Source: a virus
DNA: 64,000 nucleotides
IMG/VR virus record: IMGVR_UViG_3300010158_000060
Span: 1 to 64,000 of that record
Reading direction: 5' to 3' (one strand)
Positions 1-9,009 of this stretch are shown in pieces. Every line of letters starts with the position of its first letter. The first letter of the stretch is position 1. The position numbers were made by a program, and so were the translations under genes. The notes below the pieces were generated by a model. The model saw only the letters and a list, made by a program, of their open reading frames with translations, was not told the DNA's origin and did not search any database.

Positions 1-386
1 AAATTTCTTGGCCTGAATTATCTAATCAAACATTAGCTGAAAGATTCTCAATGTTAGATCCTGAAGATTGTACAAAATTTTATTGGATAGATGCTGTACC
101 TTTTGGAAATACACCTCCCACTGGACAGCCCGGTCAATTAGTAAAATGGGCAACTGATCCATTAGATCCAACTTTATTTGGTGAATATGCATGGGATCCT
201 GTTACAAATATGTGGAGTGTAACATTAGGTAATATAATAGTTAGCATAGGTCAAATAAACAGATCAAGAAGAAATGCTTGGTTAGCATCATTTAATGCAC
301 TTACATTAGCAAATGCACCTTTTATTTGGGCTAATGATTACGTAATGTTTCATAGATTTAAATATGAATTAAAATATCCAGTTTAA
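1..386 (+). CDS. Hypothetical virion-region protein, 5'-truncated by the window
   Basis: The frame of ORF 51..386 is open back to position 3 (ISWPELSNQTLAERFSM...), so the gene likely starts upstream. It is followed 2 nt later by the next ORF. Confidence 0.6.
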   Translation, partial: ISWPELSNQTLAERFSMLDPEDCTKFYWIDAVPFGNTPPTGQPGQLVKWATDPLDPTLFGEYAWDPVTNMWSVTLGNIIVSIGQINRSRRNAWLASFNALTLANAPFIWANDYVMFHRFKYELKYPV

Positions 387-388
387 TT

Positions 389-1033
389 ATGAGTTTTATA
401 AAGAACATAGAAATTTGGAATAATTACATACCTAGAGTTTGTAATGTTGATTTGGAAGATTATTGTCTTAATGGTGCAATAGGTAATACTTGTACTGAAA
501 ATACAGGTTTTCCTGATACAATAGATTTATTTACAACAGCAAGAGCAACATATGATGCTTGGTTAAATGCTGTTAATGAATACTTTTTATCTTCATATGC
601 TTTTTATTATGATCCTGGTTATCAAGATCCTATTACAGGAGATATAATTATACCTGAAGGTTTACTTAATGAAAAATGTAATTCTTTAAGTAATTTAACT
701 GCAATGTGTGATTTATATTATGGACAACCTGATGGTTTTATTATAAAATCTATAAATTTTAGATCTAAAAGAGAGCAGATGCAAAATTCATTATTGCCTT
801 TGGGAGACCCTAATAAAAAAACAGGTGTGGAAACAATCACAATAAATATTCCAGTAGGACCAAATGTACCAGATCAACCATATACATACACTATAGATTT
901 TACAAATTATCAAACTCCTGAGTATAGTCATTATTTAGAATTTAGAACAGTACTGGGATTAATGATGCAACAACTTAAAAAAATTATGACTGCTACAGGT
1001 AATCATCCTTTAACACCATTTAATATTCCTTGA
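389..1033 (+). CDS. Hypothetical protein (214 aa), structural region
   Basis: Long ORF tightly coupled to the upstream gene and followed by a terminator. No motif recognised. Confidence 0.65.
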   Translation: MSFIKNIEIWNNYIPRVCNVDLEDYCLNGAIGNTCTENTGFPDTIDLFTTARATYDAWLNAVNEYFLSSYAFYYDPGYQDPITGDIIIPEGLLNEKCNSLSNLTAMCDLYYGQPDGFIIKSINFRSKREQMQNSLLPLGDPNKKTGVETITINIPVGPNVPDQPYTYTIDFTNYQTPEYSHYLEFRTVLGLMMQQLKKIMTATGNHPLTPFNIP

Positions 1034-1080
1034 TATTAGTTAGTTGAAGTTTGTTGGTTTATTCTTACAACTACGGACAG

Positions 1081-1108
1081 ACCCCTGCACTTGTAGGGGT
1101 TTTGTTTT
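1081..1108 (+). terminator. Rho-independent terminator
   Basis: Stem ACCCCTGC / GTAGGGGT (one G-U pair), loop ACTT, followed by TTTGTTTT. Confidence 0.8.
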
Positions 1109-1150
1109 ATAGCTATATTTGCTAATATAACTAATTTTTACTATATTATT

Positions 1151-1732
1151 ATGAGAGAGTTTAAGACACCTGATTTATCAGCACCGAGATATAGACCTGA
1201 AGTATCTAATCTTTTAGACAAAGAGTTCTTTGATGGATTTAAAAAAAAGTATCCTAGATATGCTAAGTATGAAAACAGCATGTTAAAGAATATAACAAAG
1301 ACATTTAATAGAACAGTGTATAATATGGTTGTTGATAGTAGAGATGGTGTTCAACTACCTGATCAAATTGGATGGCTTTTTGTAGGAACATGTCAACAAA
1401 GTAAGAAAAGAAATGTTGATTTTTCTAAATCTAGACAGTATGGTGTAGAAGTGAATAATAATAATTTTGCTACGGATGGAAAGTTAGCAAAGATATTCTT
1501 TACAAGCAATGCACTAAAACATAAAATGAAAAATAGAGAGTATTGGACTTTTGTTGCATGTAGAGATTTTAAAAGACTTGTTGCTAAATCATATCCTGAA
1601 AATTGGAATATGTACAGAGTAGTAGAGAATAATAAAAAAATCAAAAAACTATATCAACAAGTATACTATGCGGGAAAGGAAGCGGCACTTACCCAAAATG
1701 CTCTTAAAACATATAATGAATTTGAATTATGA
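1151..1732 (+). CDS. IHF/HU-like basic protein of the crAss-like tail module
   Basis: Basic 193-aa ORF with an HU-like stretch (ITKTFNRTVYNMVV..DGVQLPDQIGWLFV) and a late FVACRDFKRLVAK segment. Its position before ring/tail genes matches the crAss-like gene order. Confidence 0.55.
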   Translation: MREFKTPDLSAPRYRPEVSNLLDKEFFDGFKKKYPRYAKYENSMLKNITKTFNRTVYNMVVDSRDGVQLPDQIGWLFVGTCQQSKKRNVDFSKSRQYGVEVNNNNFATDGKLAKIFFTSNALKHKMKNREYWTFVACRDFKRLVAKSYPENWNMYRVVENNKKIKKLYQQVYYAGKEAALTQNALKTYNEFEL

Positions 1733-2400
1733 CAACAGTTGGTGAAGCAATATCAAGAATGAGAAACACTCTTAAAGCAGTAAAAGAAGATCCATTCTTA
1801 ACTGATAGAGTGATTTATTTATCTCTTTTAAAGTATGGTCAAACATTACTTAAAAGAGAAGACAACCAGTATAGACTTATGAAAATAAGTTCTATATTTT
1901 CTGTATTACCTTTTGTAGAACTTATAGATGTAGATAAGATTGAAGCTGGATGTACAGGAGTATATTCAGGATGCTACTTTAAAAGGACTAAAGAAAAAAT
2001 TCCTTCTATATTAAATGGTGTACTAGGTCCTATTATACGTACTGTATCTTCAATAGATGGTAGTGATATTATGTTTAGAACAAATCCTGGTACTTGGGTT
2101 TCTATAACAAGATCAACTACTTTTAAATATAACACAAGAAAATATTTTTGGTTTTTAAATGGCTATTTGTATCTACCTAATGTTGATTGGGAGGCCATAA
2201 GAATAGAAGCTATATTTGATGGTGATATCACAGCTTATCAATGTGATCCAGAAGATCAATGTAAACTTAAACAAGATCAACCATTTCCATTTCCTGATTA
2301 TTTATTTTCAGAAATAGAACAGTATGCACTAAAAGAATTAACCATGATTGCTCAAATACCAGTTGACGGTACTGATGACGGTCAAAATATTTTAAGATAA
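1729..2400 (+). CDS. Putative tail ring/adaptor protein
   Basis: ATGA overlap with the upstream gene. N-terminal helical pattern (TVGEAISRMR...LTDRVIY), YFWFLNGYLYL and a C-terminal PFPFPDYLFSEI resemble crAss-like ring proteins (recall plus synteny). Confidence 0.55.
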   Translation: MTTVGEAISRMRNTLKAVKEDPFLTDRVIYLSLLKYGQTLLKREDNQYRLMKISSIFSVLPFVELIDVDKIEAGCTGVYSGCYFKRTKEKIPSILNGVLGPIIRTVSSIDGSDIMFRTNPGTWVSITRSTTFKYNTRKYFWFLNGYLYLPNVDWEAIRIEAIFDGDITAYQCDPEDQCKLKQDQPFPFPDYLFSEIEQYALKELTMIAQIPVDGTDDGQNILR

Positions 2401-3452
2401 TGGACTTTAATTATACACTCAAATACAGAACATTTGACCAATTGATGGAAGATGTTCAGATTGATTTACCAAGCTTTGCTTTAGAGAACATGATTGAGCC
2501 ACAGCAATTAATTAAACTTGCTAGAAAGATCAATTATGATTTAGGTCTTAGAATCAATCAAACTAAAGAAGTGGTACTAGATATCTGTCATGGAAGAGTT
2601 AAGCTCCCAGACGACTTCTATGTATGGAATTTTGGTATGTCCTGCCATGAAAGAACAGAGCATGTTGGTTATGATGGAAGAGTTGGTGGAACTAATATAC
2701 AAGAGGTTCCATTAGGAACTGTAAAATATCAAGAATTTCCTGGTGGTGTAGATAGTTGTGCTGTAGCAACAGTTAACTGTAGAACCTGTAATTCTAATCC
2801 ATGCAACCACACAGCTGCTTGTGGACTTAATACACCTATCACAAATACAACACCAACTTATGATCCAGAGAATCCTTATGGAGATACATGTGTAGCTCCA
2901 AGAGTATTTATGAATTGTAAAGGAGAGTCATATGAATTAATCCAAGTAGTTCACTCAGGACTTACAAGAAAATATAATACACTTGTTCAGTTAAGAATGA
3001 AACCAAGTCAGAACATAGAATGTGAATGTCCTAACTTGTATTATAATGGTCCAGATGAAGGTTGGCTTAAAGATGGTTTTCTTTTTACTACTTTCCAAGA
3101 TGGTCATGTTTATGTAAATTACCAAGGAGAACTACAAGATGAGAATGGAAACTTAATGGTTCCTGATCATCCAAGACTTAATGATTACTATGAATATGCA
3201 TTCAAGAAAAGAATTCTTGAAAACTTATATTTGAATGGAGAGGATGTAGCTCAAAGATTACAAATCATTTTACCTGAACTAAAAGATGCTAGAAATAATG
3301 CTCTTAGTTTAGTTAACACTCCAAACTTCAGAGAGATGGAGCAACTATGGTGGACTAATAGAAGAGCTCAGTATTCTAAATACTATGACATGTTTAAAGC
3401 TCCAACATTTGGTAATTATGCTAGGTTAAATTATAATACTAAAGTAATCTAA
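2400..3452 (+). CDS. Putative tail tubular/ring protein with Cys-rich insertion
   Basis: GRVKLPDDF and GFLFTTFQDGHVYVNYQG...DENGNLMVPD motifs are typical of crAss-like tail tubular proteins. It directly precedes the muzzle-like gene. Confidence 0.65.
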   Translation: MDFNYTLKYRTFDQLMEDVQIDLPSFALENMIEPQQLIKLARKINYDLGLRINQTKEVVLDICHGRVKLPDDFYVWNFGMSCHERTEHVGYDGRVGGTNIQEVPLGTVKYQEFPGGVDSCAVATVNCRTCNSNPCNHTAACGLNTPITNTTPTYDPENPYGDTCVAPRVFMNCKGESYELIQVVHSGLTRKYNTLVQLRMKPSQNIECECPNLYYNGPDEGWLKDGFLFTTFQDGHVYVNYQGELQDENGNLMVPDHPRLNDYYEYAFKKRILENLYLNGEDVAQRLQIILPELKDARNNALSLVNTPNFREMEQLWWTNRRAQYSKYYDMFKAPTFGNYARLNYNTKVI

Positions 3453-3453
3453 G

Positions 3454-6400
3454 ATGGCAGATATGCAAGATACTTCCCAGACTATAACGGATAGTTTTAT
3501 AAAGGGGCTTAATAAAGATTCAGATTCTTCATATGTTACAGACGGTATGTGGACACATGCTGTCAACATGGTGAATAACTCTAAGACAGGTAAAGTAGGT
3601 TCAATATCTAATGAAGCTGCTAATTATATTTGTTTTAATGCTGGTGCATTTATGCCTAGTATTGCTGTAGAAAAATTAGTAATAGGGACTGTATATCTTT
3701 TTTCAGATAAGTGGATAATATTTACAGCGGGTCATAATACAAATGGTCAGCCTGTAAGTTCTGAAATTGGTTTATTTGAAGAAGAACAATGTAATTATAA
3801 ACCTATTGTAATTGATGCTTGTTTAAATTTTGATAAAAGATATTTAATATCTGGTGTATCAAGATTGAAAGAAGATTGTACATGGCAAGTATATTGGGGT
3901 GATGGTTTAAATCCAGATAGATATTTAAATGTTGGAGATCCACATACATGGCCTGGACCAGATTATTCCTACATAACATCTATAGGAGCTAATGCAAATT
4001 ACTACCAAGGACCTGGAGGAACTAAAATACTTTGGCCAAATGTACAATGGATAAAAAAATGTGAAGTTGTTAATGACTGTAACATATGTGAAAACACAAA
4101 CAAATTAGATTGTGAGCATATTAGATTAGCTAGACTTATGACTACACCTTGTTTAAACTTAACAAGAGGACAACAAGGGGGTACACTGGCTAACGGGACA
4201 TATTTTGCTCTTATAGCATATACTATAAAAGGACAGAAAGTAACTGATTATTTTGCACAAAGTAATTATCAGTTTATTTACTCACCTCAAGATCTTCAAG
4301 GATCACTTACTTTAAACATATCTGCAGATAATGTAAACTTTGATGAGTTTCAATTAGTAATGGTGAAGTGTGTTAACCAACAAACTGTAGCGCAGTTAAT
4401 GGGTATATACTCCACTAATACATCTACCGTAAGTATTGATCAAATTGATAATGGAGCTAACATAACAATACCTCTAGAACAACTTCCTTTACAAACTCCA
4501 GTATTTGAAACTTCAAATCAGATAGCAGAAGTAAATAATTATTTGCTAAGAGTTGGACCAAGAAGTAAGTTTGATTTTAATTATCAACCATTAGCTAACT
4601 TAATTAGAACTAAGTGGGCTTCTGTAGAATACCCTGCAGATTACTACATAAAAGGTGGTAACAAAACTAACTATATGAGAGATGAAGTATATTCATTTTT
4701 TATTAGATGGGTATATAATACAGGAGATAAAACTTCTACTTATCATATCCCAGGAAGACCACCTAGAAACTTTAATGTTCCTAACGGAGCAAGTTTAATT
4801 GAAAATGCTATTTTAATTGGTAATCAAAATACATTATACTCAGATGATAAAGTATTTGAAGTTTATAATACTGCTACAATAGACAATTCATCCTCACTAG
4901 TCGGTACTAATACTGATGACGGGGGAACTGTTATAGCAACAGGAGACATGGGATATTGGGAATCAACAGAGAAGTATCCTGATAATAGACCAGACATATG
5001 GAATCCATCTGCACACTGTTGGACAGGTCAAGATGCAACTGTAAATCCGGAAGAGTTTGATTTATGTGGTAAACACATTAGACATCATAAATTTCCAGAA
5101 GATTATGCAGCTGGAAGTACAGCAGATACAGTAACACATTTCAGAAGAAATCCTTCTCCTCAAAATAATACTAATCAGTTTTTTATTAGACTAATGGGTG
5201 TTTATTTTGAAAATGTTGCTTTACCAAAAGATAATGATGGTAATGATATACCAGGTATTGTAGGTTTTGAAATTCTTAGAGGTTCAAGAGAAGGTAACAA
5301 AACAATTGTTGCTAAAGGAATGGTAAACAATTTAAGAACTTATCAGGTTCCTGGCTCAGGTAATATTAGTACTACAGGTTTATATCCTAATTATCCATTT
5401 AATACTATACAACCTCTTAGTGCTGCACTAGGGGGTCATGTTGCTAATTATAATGATCCATTTATTAGAGCCGGTATAAGTAATGATCCAAATTTTGTAT
5501 ATACTCAAAGTGTACCTGATGATATCTTTAGTTTTCACTCACCGGATACTATGATGACTACACCTTTTTTATCAACAACAGAATTTAAAACTTATGGTCA
5601 ATTATCAGGATACAGTCAACAAAATTTTAATACTCCATCAGATCATCCTAAATTTAAATTGTTATCAGATGTTATTATTGTACCAATGTTACTTGCAGGA
5701 TTTGTCGAAGCAATTATTTCATCTGTTGGCAAAAGAACTGCTGTATCTAAAGGTCCTGCATATCAAGATCTTGAAGTTCCAGATGTTAGAGGTAAAGAAT
5801 TAAAAAATCATGAAATTGGTGGTTTTGTAACTAGTTTTGGAAATTTTCTTGAACCGGGTGTCTTAGCAGCAGGATCTGGTGATACATTTACAGGAAGTGT
5901 AACTTTTAAACCCTTAAATGGTGGTGATTTTTATGGTGAAAGTGGTAAAATTACAACAGAACAAGAAGGTATTCAAGTAAGTAAACCTGGTGATTTTGAT
6001 ACAAAATTAAATAGTTTCATTGGTACATTTGGTACATTAAATGCTCAAAGTACTCTTCCATCTATTATAGCAAATATTGGAGCTGGTGGTGGTAATTATG
6101 AAGATACATATGAAGATGCTGCCAAAAGTGCTAAAGATGTACTAGGTGGTATATATACAGCTCAAGAAATACATTCTGAATGGAATGATTCAAGATATTT
6201 ACCTACAAGTTTAAAAGGGGTAAATAATACAGGTAGATTTGCTTATTATTTCTCAGAAGGAATGAGAGTAACTTTAGATCTTATTTATGTTTTAACAGCA
6301 TACAAACAATATGCATTACAACAAAAAGCATACGGTTTTTATGCTAACATTGAAAAAAACTTAAATACTGATACTACAAGATTTAAAATGGAAGATGGTT

Positions 6401-9009
6401 TTTATCTAAGAGATAATATACAATCTGTATCTAGATATCAAGACAATAATGGTACATGGAGATCTTATAATATTAATAATATAAAAAGATCACCTAAAGT
6501 AATTGTAAGAACTAAAGCCGGTAATAATCAAAACATAGGTCCTAAACTATTATCTGGTGATAAATCATTAACTACATTAGGTACATTAATACAAACAAAC
6601 CCTACTTCTTTACTTCCTATTGGAACAAGTTTACCAGATTTTGAAGGTAATATTGATAGAACTTTTTCATTACCTATTCAAAGTCACTATGGTGCTATAA
6701 GAGGTAGAGTAAGAAACCAATATGGTCAATTAGATTCTATCAAACAATTACCGGTTGGAACATGTGAGCAAAAGCTTTCTGATTATAATATTAATCCATC
6801 AACTATAGTTTGTGATTCTGTTAACATAATAAAAAATACAATTTTTAGAACTACTCTAATGTTTGGTGGTGATACTTACATTAATAGATATACTGAAAAA
6901 GATAGTATGTGTTTCTTCTTTGATTGGTTATATAATCAACCTAACGGTTTTGAATATAATTATTACTTGAGAAGTATGATTCCTAATCCAAGGTTTAGAT
7001 TAAATAGTAGATTTTATGATGCACAAGATTTTGCACAAGCATTTAATGTACTTAATGTAGCTAACTTACCTACTGTTATAAATAGTATAATTAGTATTAT
7101 TACAGGTGTTAGTAATTTTCCACCTGGTGAAGGTATATTACCAACTGATTTTTATAATTTAGATTATGTTAAAGATTCTAAAAAATATAATTACAATAAT
7201 GATAAAGCAGGAAACTATCCAGGATTCTTTACTTGTAAAGATTCTTATTTTTATATATCTGTATCTTCAATAAGAGACTTTTTTGTTGAGTCAGAAGTAT
7301 TAGTTGATTTTAGAACACAACCTGAAGAGATTGCAAGAAAGTATTACAATCCGTATAACTTTACAGATTATAATGCAATGTTTGATACTAATCCTCTTAT
7401 ACTTGGAGTAAATAGTTTTAATCAATATGATTATTCATTAAGTGTATCTAAGTTATATAATCAATATTTCTCATTAGGTAGTGTGCAAAGTAGATACTAT
7501 AATCCTAATGTAGCTGACTTATGTTATACATATTATCCAAATAGAATTATTTACTCATTACCTCAACAAGATGAAGCAATAAAAGATAGCTGGTTTGTTT
7601 ATTTAGTAAATAATTACAAAGCATTTAAGTCTCATGTAAGTGGTGTTAAGTCAATAAATAAATCTGGTTTAGTAATCACATTTAAAAATGATAGCCCTAT
7701 AATGTATCAGGGTGTGGATACTTTACAAACTGATTTAGGAACTAAAGTTACTTTAGGTGATGGAGGTTTATTTAGTCAAGCACCACAGCAGTTATCTAAT
7801 GCGGATAAACCATATGAATATGGAGCATCACAAAATAGATTGTCTGTAATATCTACACCAGTAGGTATATACTACATGTCTCAAGCTGCAGGTAAAGTAT
7901 TCTCAATTGGAGAAGGACTTCAAGAGATTTCTCAGCAAGGAATGAAATGGTGGTTCACTGTGTTCTTACCGTACAAATTAACACAAGACTTCCCATTGTA
8001 TCCTTATCAAGATAATCCAGTAGCAGGTATTGGATGTCAAGCAGTGTTTGATAATACAAATACTATTTTATACTTCTGTAAGAAAGATTATGAACTTAAA
8101 GATAAGTACAAAGGAAAAGTAACATACATTCCACTTAAAGGTGATAGCACAGGTGATTACTTTATGATTAATGGTAATACTACAGCTAAATTCAAACTTG
8201 GTGATCCAATCTTATTTAGAGATGCATCATGGACTATAAGTTATGACCCTAAAAATCAGTTCTGGATTAGTTTCCATGACTGGCATCCAGATCTATTCAT
8301 GCCTACTAAAGATGTATTTATATCTACAAAAGGTACCGGTGGTTGGAGACATAACTGGATCTGTGATAAGTATTGTAATTATTATGGTATTGATTATGCA
8401 TGTGAGATTGATGTTCCAATTACAACTGGTCAATCAGTTACTACTACAAGATCTGTTGAATACATAATGGAAGCATATAGAAAAACAGATAACTGTGTAG
8501 ATTCTTATCATGTACTAGATTATAACTTTGATACGGCTGTTGTATATAACTCAGAACAAGTATCGGGTTACTTAAATCTTAATATATATCCTAAGAATGA
8601 TCTTGCTCTTACAAGACAATTCCCAAGATTGAATCCAGTTACCTTAACTTCATTTGATATTTTATTTTCAAAAGAAGAAAACAAATATAGATTTAATCAG
8701 TTCTGGGATATTACAAAAGATAGAGGTGAGTTTCCAATTGGTACAGCTTACCCTGCTGGACAAGGACCATATGTATCTGGAACTACAACATTGTTAGGTA
8801 ATTATAGCAATTTAAATACATGGATTACAGAACCAGATGGTTTTAGAAGAGTATTAAATCAAAATAATCTTAACTATGCTAAGCCAGAATTACAAAGAAA
8901 AAAATTCAGACATTACATGAGTTTTATTAACTTCAAGAAAAATATATCTGGTAATACAAATATTGTTTTAAAAATTGATAATAGTAAAAATGAAATTTCT
9001 CTAAGATAA
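3454..9009 (+). CDS. Tail stabilisation / muzzle-like protein (1851 aa)
   Basis: N-terminal FIKGLNKD...AVNM, MRDEVYSFFIRW, FGGDTYINRY and C-terminal WTISYDPKNQFWISFHDWHP. Beta-rich composition and synteny after the tail tubular gene. Confidence 0.75.
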   Translation: MADMQDTSQTITDSFIKGLNKDSDSSYVTDGMWTHAVNMVNNSKTGKVGSISNEAANYICFNAGAFMPSIAVEKLVIGTVYLFSDKWIIFTAGHNTNGQPVSSEIGLFEEEQCNYKPIVIDACLNFDKRYLISGVSRLKEDCTWQVYWGDGLNPDRYLNVGDPHTWPGPDYSYITSIGANANYYQGPGGTKILWPNVQWIKKCEVVNDCNICENTNKLDCEHIRLARLMTTPCLNLTRGQQGGTLANGTYFALIAYTIKGQKVTDYFAQSNYQFIYSPQDLQGSLTLNISADNVNFDEFQLVMVKCVNQQTVAQLMGIYSTNTSTVSIDQIDNGANITIPLEQLPLQTPVFETSNQIAEVNNYLLRVGPRSKFDFNYQPLANLIRTKWASVEYPADYYIKGGNKTNYMRDEVYSFFIRWVYNTGDKTSTYHIPGRPPRNFNVPNGASLIENAILIGNQNTLYSDDKVFEVYNTATIDNSSSLVGTNTDDGGTVIATGDMGYWESTEKYPDNRPDIWNPSAHCWTGQDATVNPEEFDLCGKHIRHHKFPEDYAAGSTADTVTHFRRNPSPQNNTNQFFIRLMGVYFENVALPKDNDGNDIPGIVGFEILRGSREGNKTIVAKGMVNNLRTYQVPGSGNISTTGLYPNYPFNTIQPLSAALGGHVANYNDPFIRAGISNDPNFVYTQSVPDDIFSFHSPDTMMTTPFLSTTEFKTYGQLSGYSQQNFNTPSDHPKFKLLSDVIIVPMLLAGFVEAIISSVGKRTAVSKGPAYQDLEVPDVRGKELKNHEIGGFVTSFGNFLEPGVLAAGSGDTFTGSVTFKPLNGGDFYGESGKITTEQEGIQVSKPGDFDTKLNSFIGTFGTLNAQSTLPSIIANIGAGGGNYEDTYEDAAKSAKDVLGGIYTAQEIHSEWNDSRYLPTSLKGVNNTGRFAYYFSEGMRVTLDLIYVLTAYKQYALQQKAYGFYANIEKNLNTDTTRFKMEDGFYLRDNIQSVSRYQDNNGTWRSYNINNIKRSPKVIVRTKAGNNQNIGPKLLSGDKSLTTLGTLIQTNPTSLLPIGTSLPDFEGNIDRTFSLPIQSHYGAIRGRVRNQYGQLDSIKQLPVGTCEQKLSDYNINPSTIVCDSVNIIKNTIFRTTLMFGGDTYINRYTEKDSMCFFFDWLYNQPNGFEYNYYLRSMIPNPRFRLNSRFYDAQDFAQAFNVLNVANLPTVINSIISIITGVSNFPPGEGILPTDFYNLDYVKDSKKYNYNNDKAGNYPGFFTCKDSYFYISVSSIRDFFVESEVLVDFRTQPEEIARKYYNPYNFTDYNAMFDTNPLILGVNSFNQYDYSLSVSKLYNQYFSLGSVQSRYYNPNVADLCYTYYPNRIIYSLPQQDEAIKDSWFVYLVNNYKAFKSHVSGVKSINKSGLVITFKNDSPIMYQGVDTLQTDLGTKVTLGDGGLFSQAPQQLSNADKPYEYGASQNRLSVISTPVGIYYMSQAAGKVFSIGEGLQEISQQGMKWWFTVFLPYKLTQDFPLYPYQDNPVAGIGCQAVFDNTNTILYFCKKDYELKDKYKGKVTYIPLKGDSTGDYFMINGNTTAKFKLGDPILFRDASWTISYDPKNQFWISFHDWHPDLFMPTKDVFISTKGTGGWRHNWICDKYCNYYGIDYACEIDVPITTGQSVTTTRSVEYIMEAYRKTDNCVDSYHVLDYNFDTAVVYNSEQVSGYLNLNIYPKNDLALTRQFPRLNPVTLTSFDILFSKEENKYRFNQFWDITKDRGEFPIGTAYPAGQGPYVSGTTTLLGNYSNLNTWITEPDGFRRVLNQNNLNYAKPELQRKKFRHYMSFINFKKNISGNTNIVLKIDNSKNEISLR

